A stretch of DNA of 44,544 bases, from the sequence record ON185580.1. One strand, 5' to 3'. This document shows, piece after piece, positions 1-9,302 of the stretch. This stretch comes from Escherichia phage EC120. How positions within the stretch are numbered: position 1 is the first letter of the stretch; each line of letters opens with the position of its first letter. The notes beneath the pieces were generated by a model that did not search any database, had not been told where the DNA came from, and saw nothing but the letters and a program-made list of their open reading frames with translations. Made by a program: the position numbers and the translations under genes.

Positions 1-51
1 TCTGTTCGTTTCGTTCACTCCGCTTGCGCTACGTTCACTCGCTCACGTGTA

Positions 52-397
52 CCTTAGGCTATTCCTTTATGGATAGCTTAGGTTATAGCTTAGTGGCCTA
101 CCTTAGTTATAACCTTAGTGCATAGCTTAGTATCAGCTTAGTAGTGTACCTTAGTAAGTCTTAGTGTCTTCTCTTAGTGATTGCACATGCAAGCATGTAA
201 GATGCCATTAGGTCGCGGTCGGTAGACCGCTACAGAAGGAGAATAGTAATAAGATGCAGTAGGAGGAACACCAGAAACCTAGCCAACCTAGCCTATCCTA
301 GCTCTGTATCTATTGCTTTTCCTTAGTCTAACATGTGAGACAACCTATCTTATTCTTAGTGATGGTAACTTAGTGTTGACAAGATAATCTTAGTGTA
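52..397. repeat. Left-end array of short CTTAGT(G)/CTTAGG direct repeats (at least 13 copies)
   Basis: Motif CTTAG(T/G) recurs every 10-35 bp between about 52 and 397; the same motif recurs near the right end (44003-44485). Analogous to short repeat arrays next to T7 genome ends. Confidence 0.6.
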
Positions 398-404
398 ATA
401 CTAT
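376..404 (+). promoter_or_regulatory. Candidate host sigma70 early promoter
   Basis: TTGACA (376-381), 17-nt spacer, TACTAT (399-404); upstream of the first early ORFs, where T7-like phages carry host-RNAP promoters. Confidence 0.4.
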
Positions 405-505
405 GCATCACGTAGGCGGTGCTGAGGCACCTAGTAGCCAGCTAGTAAGGCGTACGAAGAGACTAGTGCCTACATTGTTCTTTAACAATTTGCTTAATGT
501 AGCCT

Positions 506-727
506 ATGTATGCCGTGGTTAACTACTTATTGAATGAGGTATTAACTATGACATTAAATAACCGTGAACTGTCCGTTCTCTTCACTCTGTTGTGCTACAT
601 GATTCGTAACAACGAATTACTTACAGATGATGAGTTAGCCTTGTATCACCGCTTTCTTAACGAAGGTTGGACCGATACAGTTAATCAATACCGTAACATG
701 ATAGATGAGTTGAGGGAGGGTAAATAA
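506..727 (+). CDS. Hypothetical early protein (73 aa; alternative RBS-supported start at 548)
   Basis: ORF in early region; GAGG-type RBS precedes the in-frame ATG at 548; stop overlaps next start (TAATG). Confidence 0.5.
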   Translation: MYAVVNYLLNEVLTMTLNNRELSVLFTLLCYMIRNNELLTDDELALYHRFLNEGWTDTVNQYRNMIDELREGK

Positions 728-951
728 TGTATCAACATGAGGTATTCTTTGAATCAGCTAGCGAAGCTATTCGCTTCCGTGATGATATGATGCAAGCTGG
801 TGTAGGCGTTAATGTGTATCACTATTTGATAGATTACGACACTGAATATCACCGAGTTACCTTAGTATCTGAGTATGACAACCAAGTCATTACTGAGTAT
901 CTAGGCAGTGAAGATTACGATTACGATGAAGTAATCACGACAAATCTCTAA
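727..951 (+). CDS. Hypothetical early protein (74 aa, acidic)
   Basis: ATG overlaps upstream stop; GGAGGG RBS 8 nt upstream. Confidence 0.6.
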   Translation: MYQHEVFFESASEAIRFRDDMMQAGVGVNVYHYLIDYDTEYHRVTLVSEYDNQVITEYLGSEDYDYDEVITTNL

Positions 952-1080
952 ATTAACTGTTGACAGCCACGGCATACAAGGTTACATTAAGCATCAAGAC
1001 GGCGACGTCTTTAAACATCCCGCTCTTTAACAATACGGTTTGTGTCTTGATAGGCTAACTAACTAACTAAGGTAATTATC

Positions 1081-1191
1081 ATGAAAGGGTTAATTTGTGT
1101 AGAACGTATGGTCAATGGTAAACTTGAAATATTACCACTGGAAAACCAATCTAGCTTCAAAGAGTGGTATGGCTGTTTCTCACTGATTTAA
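1081..1191 (+). CDS. Small hypothetical early protein (36 aa)
   Basis: ATG preceded by TAACTAACTAACTAAGG (stops in all frames plus RBS); below the track size cutoff. Confidence 0.3.
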   Translation: MKGLICVERMVNGKLEILPLENQSSFKEWYGCFSLI

Positions 1192-1342
1192 GGTAAAGGC
1201 TGGCACTAGTCAGCCTATCAAGGCGCAAACCAAGCTCTTTAACAATTTGGATGGTAGCTTCTTAGTCTGGATAGGTTAAACCTAGGAGATTCTCTTGAGT
1301 CTCCTATAATGTAACCTAACTAACTAAATGAGGATTAATAAC

Positions 1343-1696
1343 ATGGCTATGTCTAATATGACTTACTCTCAGGTTTACAACACCGCTCATGCTGCATTAG
1401 TTGAACGTATCTGGAATGATGCTATTGATTGTATTGATAACGCACATGATGCAATCCATGATGCGGCGGATAGTGCTGTACCAATCTATTATGCTGACAT
1501 CTTCTCCGTGATGGCGAGTGAAGGAATTGATCATTTCTTCGAAGACTCCGGCCTGATGCCAGACACTAAGGATGTAACCGTAGTATTGCAAGCCCGTATC
1601 TATGAGCAACTCACAATTGATCTATGGGAACGTGTTCAGTATATGATTGTTGAATACGTCAACTCCGCCGAATATTTAGAAGAAGAAGAGGAATAA
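1343..1696 (+). CDS. ocr: Ocr-like DNA-mimic anti-restriction protein (T7 gp0.3 homologue, 117 aa)
   Basis: Translation MAMSNMTY...[13 protein letters not shown]...[11 protein letters not shown]...[15 protein letters not shown]... with acidic C-terminus closely matches recalled T7 Ocr (same length). GAGGA RBS 8 nt before ATG 1343; track start 1328 is less likely. Confidence 0.85.
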   Translation: MAMSNMTYSQVYNTAHAALVERIWNDAIDCIDNAHDAIHDAADSAVPIYYADIFSVMASEGIDHFFEDSGLMPDTKDVTVVLQARIYEQLTIDLWERVQYMIVEYVNSAEYLEEEEE

Positions 1697-1698
1697 GA

Positions 1699-1812
1699 AT
1701 GGAAAAGCTATACAACTTCATCTTTTCAGACGGTGTAACCCTGAAGTGTTCCCTACGATTCGCTCAGATTCGTGAGGAAGTGCTAGGTACTACATACAAA
1801 CTATTTAGCTGA
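1699..1812 (+). CDS. Small hypothetical early protein (37 aa)
   Basis: ATG 2 nt after ocr stop with GAGGA RBS; same position as T7 gene 0.4. Confidence 0.3.
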   Translation: MEKLYNFIFSDGVTLKCSLRFAQIREEVLGTTYKLFS

Positions 1813-1825
1813 CACTATAAGAGAA
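1803..1825 (+). promoter_or_regulatory. Variant phage-RNAP promoter-like sequence (ATTTAGCTGACACTATAAGAG)
   Basis: Matches the SP6-type promoter except A instead of G at the expected +1; may be weak or non-functional. Confidence 0.35.
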
Positions 1826-1888
1826 GTCTTAACAAGGCGTTGCTACGGTAGCGCCTGATTAAACTTTCACTTACTAGAGGTTAAAATT

Positions 1889-2014
1889 ATGAAACTATCG
1901 CCATCCGCTAAAGGCCTCATTGCAGAACTTAAAGACTCTTTGAGGAATCCAATCATTTGGGCACTTATCTACATACCTTATGGTATCTACCTATTTCACC
2001 TCATCACTGAGTAA
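1889..2014 (+). CDS. Small hydrophobic early protein (41 aa)
   Basis: GAGG RBS; predicted TM segment IIWALIYIPYGIYLFHLI. Confidence 0.3.
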   Translation: MKLSPSAKGLIAELKDSLRNPIIWALIYIPYGIYLFHLITE

Positions 2015-2048
2015 ATAGCCTATAGCCTACCTATGTGGGCTATGTGAT

Positions 2049-2071
2049 ATTTACTTACACTATAAGGTGAT
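2049..2071 (+). promoter_or_regulatory. Divergent phage promoter-like sequence (ATTTACTTACACTATAAGGTG)
   Basis: Shares the ATTTAC and CACTATA blocks but has altered spacing and TATAAG; low confidence. Confidence 0.25.
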
Positions 2072-2075
2072 TAAT

Positions 2076-2999
2076 ATGACTACTGAAAACATCCTTCTGT
2101 CTGTTCGTGAAGCTGCAACCGCTGAAATCAAGCAGCACTTAGACAATATCGGCACTTCTTACATCAAAGTTGGCGCTTGTCTGAATGAATTACGCGGTGA
2201 TTTCGAAGGTCAAAAAGACTTTTTAGCTTATGTAGAATCAGAGTTCGGCATCAAGAAAGCACAATGCTACAAGCTGATGAGTGTAGCCCGTGTCTTTGAA
2301 GGAGACGAACGCTTTAAAGGTGTGGCTATGCGTGTAATGCTGGCGCTTGTTCCTTTCGCTGATGAAAATATGATCATGGAGAAGGCCGCAGAACTCGCCG
2401 CAGAGGGCAAGCTGGACACTAACGCCGTAAACGCCCTGATTGATCCTAAGAAAGAGACAAAGGCCGAGACGGTACAACCTAAGGTTGAGTCGGTAAAACC
2501 GCAGGAGAACGCGACTGAGGCCGCAGAAACTATGCAAGGACATGCAACCTTTGAGGATTTCATATTAGAGAAGGCGAAAGAGGAGCTACAAAGTGTGCCG
2601 CCAGCAAGTGAGTCTGGTAACGACGAATCCGCACCGTGGGAAGACAAAAGCAAGCAGGAAGACACAAAGGCAGCGCCACGGGATAACACGGCTAACACCG
2701 AGAGTGCCGCTATTGCTGGCCTTCTGGCACAAATTAAAGCACTGACCGAGCAATTACAGGCAGCTAATGACCGCATTGCCTCCTTAAGCAGCACACGCGA
2801 AAGCAAGAAAGCAGCCGCGCCTATGCTGCCGCAATTCAAATCTTCCTGCTTCTATGCTCGCTTAGGTTTAAGCGCTGAGGAGGCAACGAAGAAGACAGCA
2901 GTTAACAAGGCACGCCGCGAACTGGTTAAGCTAGGCTACGGCGAAGGCCATGAAGCATGGCCCTTAATCTCTGAGGCAGTAGAAGAATTAACTAAGTAA
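2076..2999 (+). CDS. Early protein of unknown function (307 aa) directly upstream of RNAP
   Basis: AAGGTGA RBS 5 nt before ATG 2076 (track start 2067 is GTG). Globular N-terminal region, low-complexity K/E/T/A-rich linker, conserved-looking C-terminal 60 aa. Occupies the T7 gene 0.7 position but has no recognisable kinase motifs. Confidence 0.7.
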   Translation: MTTENILLSVREAATAEIKQHLDNIGTSYIKVGACLNELRGDFEGQKDFLAYVESEFGIKKAQCYKLMSVARVFEGDERFKGVAMRVMLALVPFADENMIMEKAAELAAEGKLDTNAVNALIDPKKETKAETVQPKVESVKPQENATEAAETMQGHATFEDFILEKAKEELQSVPPASESGNDESAPWEDKSKQEDTKAAPRDNTANTESAAIAGLLAQIKALTEQLQAANDRIASLSSTRESKKAAAPMLPQFKSSCFYARLGLSAEEATKKTAVNKARRELVKLGYGEGHEAWPLISEAVEELTK

Positions 3000-3062
3000 C
3001 CTTATCGGTGGCATCTTCTTAGGTGTCACCTATTAAGGTTTCTTTCACTAGGAGTAAACAAG

Positions 3063-5690
3063 ATGCAAGACCTACACGCTATTCAACTTCAACTTGAAGA
3101 AGAAATGTTTAACGGCGGTATCCGTCGCTTTGAAGCGGACCAACAACGCCAGATTGCATCCGGTAATGAATCAGACACGGCATGGAATCGCCGCTTATTG
3201 TCCGAGTTAATCGCGCCAATGGCTGAAGGTATTCAGGCATACAAGGAAGAGTATGAAGGTAAAAGAGGCCGTGCACCGCGTGCATTAGCTTTCATTAACT
3301 GCGTAGAAAACGAAGTGGCAGCATATATCACGATGAAAATCGTTATGGATATGCTGAACACGGATGTAACTTTGCAGGCTATAGCCATGAATGTAGCTGA
3401 CCGCATTGAGGACCAAGTACGTTTTAGCAAGCTGGAAGGTCACGCCGCCAAATACTTTGAGAAAGTTAAGAAGTCACTTAAGGCAAGTAAGACTAAATCA
3501 TATCGCCATGCGCACAACGTAGCGGTCGTGGCTGAGAAGTCAGTAGCTGACCGTGACGCTGATTTCTCTCGCTGGGAGGCGTGGCCTAAAGATACCTTGC
3601 TACAAATTGGTATGACCTTGCTAGAAATACTGGAAAATAGTGTATTCTTCAATGGTCAGCCTGTCTTTCTTCGCACCTTGCGCACTAATGGTGGCAAGCA
3701 TGGCGTTTACTACTTACAGACTAGCGAACACGTGGGTGAATGGATAACTGCATTTAAAGAGCACGTAGCTCAGCTGAGTCCAGCCTATGCGCCTTGCGTT
3801 ATTCCTCCTCGTCCGTGGGTTTCTCCGTTTAATGGTGGCTTCCATACTGAGAAAGTAGCAAGCCGTATTCGTCTAGTAAAAGGCAATCGTGAGCACGTCC
3901 GCAAGCTGACCAAAAAGCAAATGCCAGCGGTTTACAAGGCTGTTAACGCTTTGCAGGCGACTAAGTGGCAGGTTAATAAAGAGGTTTTGCAGGTAGTAGA
4001 GGACGTTATCCGTCTCGACCTTGGTTATGGTGTGCCTTCCTTTAAACCACTCATCGACCGTGAGAACAAGCCAGCTAATCCAGTGCCGTTAGAGTTCCAG
4101 CACCTGCGAGGCCGTGAATTGAAAGAGATGCTAACACCGGAGCAATGGCAGGCCTTCATCAACTGGAAGGGTGAATGTACTAAGCTGTATACCGCTGAGA
4201 CTAAGCGCGGCAGCAAGTCGGCGGCGACCGTCCGCATGGTAGGACAGGCCCGTAAATACAGCCAGTTTGACGCTATTTATTTTGTATATGCACTGGATAG
4301 CCGTTCACGCGTTTATGCGCAATCTAGCACGCTCTCGCCGCAATCAAACGACTTAGGCAAGGCATTGCTCCGTTTTACCGAAGGGCAGCGTCTTGATAGC
4401 GCTGAGGCGCTTAAGTGGTTTTTGGTGAACGGGGCGAATAACTGGGGTTGGGATAAGAAAACTTTTGACGTGCGCACCTCTAACGTGCTGGATGGCGAAT
4501 TTCAAGACATGTGCCGCGACATTGCAGCCGATCCGCTGACCTTCACTCAATGGGTAAATGCTGATTCCCCTTACGGCTTCCTTGCATGGTGCTTTGAATA
4601 TGCGCGTTATCTGGATGCACTGGATGAAGGCACGCAAGACCAATTCATGACGCACCTACCCGTCCATCAAGACGGTAGTTGCTCTGGTATCCAGCACTAT
4701 AGCGCGATGTTACGCGATGAAGTAGGTGCGAAAGCAGTAAACCTTAAGCCTTCTGACTTCCCTCAAGATATTTATGGCGCGGTTGCGCAGGTTGTTATCC
4801 AGAAGAATTACGCCTACATGAATGCAGACGATGCAGAGACTTTCACATCTGGAAGCGTCACACTTACAGGTGCAGAACTGCGTAGCATGGCTAGTGCGTG
4901 GGATATGATAGGAATCACTCGCGGATTGACCAAAAAGCCCGTAATGACACTACCTTATGGCAGCACACGTCTAACCTGCCGTGAATCAGTGATTGATTAT
5001 ATCGTTGATTTGGAAGAAAAAGAGGCCCAACGAGCTATTGCGGAAGGGCGTACCGCCAATCCTGTACATCCTTTTGATAATGACCGTAAGGACAGCCTGA
5101 CACCTAGTGCAGCTTATAACTATATGACGGCTTTAATCTGGCCTTCTATTTCGGAAGTGGTTAAAGCTCCTATAGTGGCAATGAAAATGATTCGTCAGCT
5201 TGCCCGTTTCGCAGCTAAAAGGAATGAAGGCTTAGAGTATACCTTGCCTACTGGCTTCATCTTGCAACAAAAGATTATGGCTACTGATATGCTCCGCGTA
5301 TCCACTTGCCTGATGGGAGAAATCAAGATGAGTCTACAGATTGAAACGGACGTAGTGGATGAAACGGCTATGATGGGCGCTGCTGCTCCTAACTTTGTGC
5401 ATGGTCATGATGCCAGTCACCTTATCTTAACAGTCTGCGACCTTGTTGATAAAGGGATTACATCTATCGCAGTCATTCATGATTCTTTCGGTACTCACGC
5501 AGGCCGTACAGCCGATCTTCGTGATAGCTTAAGGGCAGAAATGGTGAAGATGTATCAAGGCCGTAATGCCCTGCAAAGCCTGTTAGATGAGCATGAAGAA
5601 CGCTGGTTAGTAGACACCGGAATCCAAGTGCCAGAGCAAGGAGAGTTTGACCTTAACGAAATCTTAGTATCTGACTATTGCTTCGCATAA
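3063..5690 (+). CDS. Single-subunit DNA-dependent RNA polymerase (SP6-type)
   Basis: 875 aa; N-terminus [32 protein letters not shown] and C-terminus ...[10 protein letters not shown]...FA align by recall with SP6 RNAP; catalytic [14 protein letters not shown] and VIHDSFGTH motifs present. Confidence 0.97.
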   Translation: MQDLHAIQLQLEEEMFNGGIRRFEADQQRQIASGNESDTAWNRRLLSELIAPMAEGIQAYKEEYEGKRGRAPRALAFINCVENEVAAYITMKIVMDMLNTDVTLQAIAMNVADRIEDQVRFSKLEGHAAKYFEKVKKSLKASKTKSYRHAHNVAVVAEKSVADRDADFSRWEAWPKDTLLQIGMTLLEILENSVFFNGQPVFLRTLRTNGGKHGVYYLQTSEHVGEWITAFKEHVAQLSPAYAPCVIPPRPWVSPFNGGFHTEKVASRIRLVKGNREHVRKLTKKQMPAVYKAVNALQATKWQVNKEVLQVVEDVIRLDLGYGVPSFKPLIDRENKPANPVPLEFQHLRGRELKEMLTPEQWQAFINWKGECTKLYTAETKRGSKSAATVRMVGQARKYSQFDAIYFVYALDSRSRVYAQSSTLSPQSNDLGKALLRFTEGQRLDSAEALKWFLVNGANNWGWDKKTFDVRTSNVLDGEFQDMCRDIAADPLTFTQWVNADSPYGFLAWCFEYARYLDALDEGTQDQFMTHLPVHQDGSCSGIQHYSAMLRDEVGAKAVNLKPSDFPQDIYGAVAQVVIQKNYAYMNADDAETFTSGSVTLTGAELRSMASAWDMIGITRGLTKKPVMTLPYGSTRLTCRESVIDYIVDLEEKEAQRAIAEGRTANPVHPFDNDRKDSLTPSAAYNYMTALIWPSISEVVKAPIVAMKMIRQLARFAAKRNEGLEYTLPTGFILQQKIMATDMLRVSTCLMGEIKMSLQIETDVVDETAMMGAAAPNFVHGHDASHLILTVCDLVDKGITSIAVIHDSFGTHAGRTADLRDSLRAEMVKMYQGRNALQSLLDEHEERWLVDTGIQVPEQGEFDLNEILVSDYCFA

Positions 5691-5698
5691 TATTAATA

Positions 5699-5729
5699 GG
5701 CCATTCCTTCGGGAGTGGCCTTTTCTTTT
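5699..5729 (+). terminator. Intrinsic terminator after RNAP gene
   Basis: 9-bp stem GGCCATTCC/GGAGTGGCC with TTCG tetraloop, followed by TTTTCTTTT. Confidence 0.6.
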
Positions 5730-5763
5730 ACCTACTACCGGTAACATTTCATTAACATAAAGT

Positions 5764-5779
5764 GTCTCACATGTGAGAC
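5764..5779. repeat. Palindrome GTCTCACATGTGAGAC (copy 1)
   Basis: Perfect 16-bp palindrome, 2 nt upstream of phage promoter 5782. Confidence 0.8.
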
Positions 5780-5781
5780 TT

Positions 5782-5804
5782 ATTTACCGGACACTATAGG
5801 ATAG
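5782..5804 (+). promoter_or_regulatory. Phage-RNAP promoter (ATTTACCGGACACTATAGGATAG)
   Basis: 18-bp SP6-type core; expected +1 G at 5799. Confidence 0.7.
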
Positions 5805-5947
5805 CCGTCGGAGACGGGGAAAGAAAGGGAAGATAAAGGATATAAAAAGGAAGTGATAGGTATTAAAGGCTATATAGGTTATCTAGGAATACCTATTACC
5901 TTCTTCCTTCCTCTTATTACTACTTAGAGGAAGGGCAGATCTAGGTT

Positions 5948-5963
5948 GTCTCACATGTGAGAC
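5948..5963. repeat. Palindrome GTCTCACATGTGAGAC (copy 2)
   Basis: Perfect 16-bp palindrome, 5 nt upstream of promoter 5969. Confidence 0.8.
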
Positions 5964-5968
5964 TTCGT

Positions 5969-5991
5969 ATTTACCGGACAGTATAGATAAG
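5969..5991 (+). promoter_or_regulatory. Phage-RNAP promoter variant (ATTTACCGGACAGTATAGATAAG)
   Basis: One substitution in the core (CAGTATAG); expected +1 G at 5986. Confidence 0.6.
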
Positions 5992-6016
5992 ACTAACTTA
6001 CTTTGGAGATTTAACC

Positions 6017-6145
6017 ATGCGTAACTTTGAGAAGATGACCCGTAAAGCTAACCGTTTTGACATGGAAGAAGGGCAGAAGAAAGGCAAGAAGCTGAATAAA
6101 CCTGTCCGTGACCGTGCATCTAAACGCGCTGCGTGGGAGTTCTAA
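6017..6145 (+). CDS. Small basic protein, T7 gp1.1-like (42 aa)
   Basis: MRNFEKMTRKANR...KLNKPVRDRASKRAAWEF resembles recalled T7 gp1.1 (MRNFEKMT...KLNK..RDR..KR); below track cutoff. Confidence 0.5.
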   Translation: MRNFEKMTRKANRFDMEEGQKKGKKLNKPVRDRASKRAAWEF

Positions 6146-6148
6146 GTT

Positions 6149-8137
6149 ATGGCTATTATTCAGAATGTACCGTGTCCTGCCTGTCAAAAGAATGGACATG
6201 ATATTACTGGCAACCATCTTATGATATTTGAGGATGGCGCTGGTTACTGTAACCGTGGTCACTTCCATGATAATGGGAAGCCTTATTACCATAAGCCAGA
6301 GGGTGGTATCGAGATAACCGAATTGCCTATTACTGGCAATATCAAATATACACCTTCTCAATTCAAAGAAATGGAGAAGGAAGGGAAGATAAGCGACCCT
6401 AAGCTACGCGCCATCGCTCTTGGTGGTATGCGTATGAAAGACCGTTGGGAGGTCATGAATGAGCAAGAAAGGGCAGACCAAGAAGCAGAGTGGAAACTTG
6501 ATGTTGAATGGTTCCTCACGCTTAAGCGTAAGAACCTTGTTTCCAGACACATTCGCGGCGACATTTGCGCATTGTATGATGTACGTGTCGGACACGATGA
6601 AGAGGGTAGAGTCTCGCGGCATTACTATCCACGCTTCGAGAAAGGTGAGCTAGTAGGAGCTAAGTGTCGCACATTACCTAAAGATTTTAAGTTTGGTCAT
6701 TTAGGTAAACTCTTTGGTATGCAAGATCTTTTCGGTATGAATACTTTGTCTCACGTGTTAGACAAGGGGAGACGAAAGGATTGCTTGCTTATTGTAGGCG
6801 GTGAACTTGATGCACTAGCAGCGCAGCAGATGCTCCTTGATTCTGCCAAAGGTACTAAGTGGGAAGGACAACCATATCATGTGTGGTCTGTCAACAAGGG
6901 CGAGTCTTGCCTTGAAGAGATAGTGCAGAACCGTGAGCATATCGCCCAATTCAAGAAGATTATATGGGGTTTTGATGGAGATGAGGTAGGGCAGAAGCAG
7001 AATCAGCAAGCGGCTCGCCTGTTTCCTGGCAAATCCTATATCCTTGAATACCCCTCTGGTTGCAAAGATGCTAACAAGGCATTGATGGCTGGCAAGGCCA
7101 AAGAGTTTGTTGATGCATGGTTTAATGCCAAGTCATCTGATGAAGTCTTTGGTAGCCAGATTAAATCTATCGCATCTCAAAGGGATAAGCTCAAGGCTGC
7201 ACGTCCAGAGCAAGGACTATCATGGCCTTGGCCTAAGCTGAACAAGGTAACGCTAGGTATTCGTAAGAACCAACTTATCATTGTAGGCGCAGGCTCTGGT
7301 GTAGGTAAGACTGAGTTCCTTCGTGAAGTAGTTAAGCACCTCATTGAAGAACACGGTGAATCTGTAGGCATCATTTCTACAGAAGACCCGATGGTCAAGG
7401 TGTCCCGTGCTTTTATCGGCAAGTGGATTGATAAGCGTATTGAGTTACCGCCAACCAACGACCCGAAAGAAGATGGATACCGTGAGGTGTTCGACTACAC
7501 CGAGGAAGAAGCCAATGCTGCCATTGATTATGTAGCGGATACAGGGAAGCTGTTTGTGGCTGACCTAGAGGGTGACTATTCGATGGAGAAGGTAGAGCAG
7601 ACTTGCCTTGAGTTTGAGGCTATGGGTATTTCTAATATCATCATTGATAACTTAACGGGGATTAAATTAGATGAGCGTGCTTTTGGTGGGAAGGTTGGTG
7701 CACTTGATGAATGCGTCAAGCGGATTGGTACTATCAAAGACCGACACCCGGTTACTATATTCCTTGTATCGCACCTTACACGTCCTCCGGCAAACCGTAC
7801 CCAACACGAAGAAGGTGGCGAGGTTATCCTTTCTGACTTCCGAGGCTCAGGAGCTATCGGATTCTGGGCATCTTACGCCTTGGGGATTGAGCGTAACACA
7901 AGAGCTGAAACGCTTGATGAAAGAACTACCACGTACATCTCATGTGTCAAAGACCGCGACCAAGGTATCTGGACTGGAACCAAGGTCATGCTTAAGGGTG
8001 ACATTCAAACCGGACGTTTAATGGAACCACAAGCCCGTACTAAGTCATTTGATACAGGTGAAGCAAGGCAACAAGAAGTACCAGATTTACCGGACACTAT
8101 AGAAGAGACTAACTTCGATGAAGAAAGTGAGTTCTGA
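6149..8137 (+). CDS. DNA primase/helicase (T7 gp4-like)
   Basis: N-terminal Cys4 zinc-binding motif (CPACQ...C..GHFHD), Walker A GAGSGVGKTEF, acidic C-terminus ending EESEF. Confidence 0.93.
   Translation: MAIIQNVPCPACQKNGHDITGNHLMIFEDGAGYCNRGHFHDNGKPYYHKPEGGIEITELPITGNIKYTPSQFKEMEKEGKISDPKLRAIALGGMRMKDRWEVMNEQERADQEAEWKLDVEWFLTLKRKNLVSRHIRGDICALYDVRVGHDEEGRVSRHYYPRFEKGELVGAKCRTLPKDFKFGHLGKLFGMQDLFGMNTLSHVLDKGRRKDCLLIVGGELDALAAQQMLLDSAKGTKWEGQPYHVWSVNKGESCLEEIVQNREHIAQFKKIIWGFDGDEVGQKQNQQAARLFPGKSYILEYPSGCKDANKALMAGKAKEFVDAWFNAKSSDEVFGSQIKSIASQRDKLKAARPEQGLSWPWPKLNKVTLGIRKNQLIIVGAGSGVGKTEFLREVVKHLIEEHGESVGIISTEDPMVKVSRAFIGKWIDKRIELPPTNDPKEDGYREVFDYTEEEANAAIDYVADTGKLFVADLEGDYSMEKVEQTCLEFEAMGISNIIIDNLTGIKLDERAFGGKVGALDECVKRIGTIKDRHPVTIFLVSHLTRPPANRTQHEEGGEVILSDFRGSGAIGFWASYALGIERNTRAETLDERTTTYISCVKDRDQGIWTGTKVMLKGDIQTGRLMEPQARTKSFDTGEARQQEVPDLPDTIEETNFDEESEF
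8085..8107 (+). promoter_or_regulatory. Phage-RNAP promoter embedded in 3' end of primase-helicase gene
   Basis: ATTTACCGGACACTATAGAAGAG; expected +1 G at 8102. Confidence 0.6.
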
Positions 8138-8157
8138 TTAGTGTATTTATCAGGGCT

Positions 8158-8175
8158 TGTCTCACATGTGAGACA
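8158..8175. repeat. Palindrome TGTCTCACATGTGAGACA (copy 3)
   Basis: Perfect 18-bp palindrome (extendable with wobble pairs to 8153-8180) right after the primase-helicase stop, followed by CTCTTATT. Confidence 0.8.
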
Positions 8176-8213
8176 GGCTCTTATTAAGTACATTAAATAA
8201 CTGGAGATTGATT

Positions 8214-8897
8214 ATGTATAAATTAGTATTGAATGTAGGTGATTATGTTCGTAACATCAATGAAGCCTCACGTCGTTATCGTTGCCGTGGTGTAGTGGCT
8301 CGTGTAAGTGAGAACATGTATCATGTAGAATATGAGGATGGTATTAAGGCTTCTTACCACAAGAAAACAGCACATAAATACCTTGAAAAGATTGTAGAGA
8401 TAAACAATCAATGTAAGTGCATACATGATGAGGTTTGCGATAAATGTGCTCGCCAGATGCTTAAGAATTTCCTAGCTCCTCTTTATTATGGTTCTGGCCC
8501 TCAAACACTAGCAGAGTACATGGCAGAAAAGAAAACCACACTCAAGAAAGAGCGCCGCAATGTAATCACTGGTAAGACTCAAAGTGAAATGATTAAACTA
8601 TGTGGCACTGCATTAGGTGTTACGCAGTTTAATACTCGTTCATTGGGTAAATCCACAGGGCAAGCTATGGTGAAGATTGGTGAAGCCATGATGCAACCAA
8701 ATGTACCTGTGCGAATCGTGGATATTGACCATGCAATCACAGAGCATGGTACACCACGCCGTGTAGCTAACAATCATTTTGCCGACACTATAGAAGACAT
8801 TATTCGTAAGCAAGGGTTGAAGGGTCTTCACATCTTAAATGGTGAAGAATTACTGTACCTACCTATCGTTACTGAAGAAACCTACGTGAATATCTAA
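8214..8897 (+). CDS. Hypothetical protein (227 aa)
   Basis: GGAG RBS then ATG 8214 (track start 8208 is TTG); no recognised motifs. Confidence 0.65.
   Translation: MYKLVLNVGDYVRNINEASRRYRCRGVVARVSENMYHVEYEDGIKASYHKKTAHKYLEKIVEINNQCKCIHDEVCDKCARQMLKNFLAPLYYGSGPQTLAEYMAEKKTTLKKERRNVITGKTQSEMIKLCGTALGVTQFNTRSLGKSTGQAMVKIGEAMMQPNVPVRIVDIDHAITEHGTPRRVANNHFADTIEDIIRKQGLKGLHILNGEELLYLPIVTEETYVNI
8776..8798 (+). promoter_or_regulatory. Weak or divergent phage promoter-like sequence (ATTTTGCCGACACTATAGAAGAC)
   Basis: Conserved GACACTATAGAAG with 4 mismatches in the upstream half; lies inside a CDS. Confidence 0.4.
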
Positions 8898-8907
8898 GGA
8901 GTTAATC

Positions 8908-9126
8908 ATGACTAAAGTATTAATTTATATGCGTGGACCTCATAAATGCTATGCAGTTGTAGCACCAAATGGTGTTAAGCCCTATAGTACTTCAAAAGGA
9001 TTGGCATTAATAGGTGCTAGTAGTAGTGCAAGTTTCCAAATGGAACTTTTTGGTCATTGGACTGAATGGCAATTCCGTGAGGATTTTAAAGTCATTGGCA
9101 GCTTCATGGTGAAACATGCAGAATAA
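8908..9126 (+). CDS. Hypothetical protein (72 aa)
   Basis: GGAG RBS then ATG. Confidence 0.55.
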   Translation: MTKVLIYMRGPHKCYAVVAPNGVKPYSTSKGLALIGASSSASFQMELFGHWTEWQFREDFKVIGSFMVKHAE

Positions 9127-9292
9127 ACATAGTCTTAAAATGTTCGATGGTCATGAAGACCTGCAAGCCAAGATTACTAACCAAGCCTTCCTGTTCGCAC
9201 AGTTAACTATGGCTGAAGCAAAGAAGAATAGCCTGACGCGTGAACAGGTTATCAAGGAAAGTGAAGTGAAACGTAAGATTCGCAGTCGATAA
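9116..9292 (+). CDS. Small hypothetical protein (58 aa)
   Basis: ATG overlapping the end of the previous ORF in another frame; basic C-terminus. Confidence 0.3.
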   Translation: MQNKHSLKMFDGHEDLQAKITNQAFLFAQLTMAEAKKNSLTREQVIKESEVKRKIRSR

Positions 9293-9302
9293 GTCAAGGG
9301 TT

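Noticed and set aside
2267-2839. 190-aa minus-strand ORF
   Set aside because: Antisense to the 307-aa early gene; product is low-complexity Ala/Ser/Leu-rich; no translation signals.
6011-6361. 116-aa minus-strand ORF spanning the gp1.1-like gene and primase start
   Set aside because: Overlaps two supported + strand genes and the origin-like region; no RBS.
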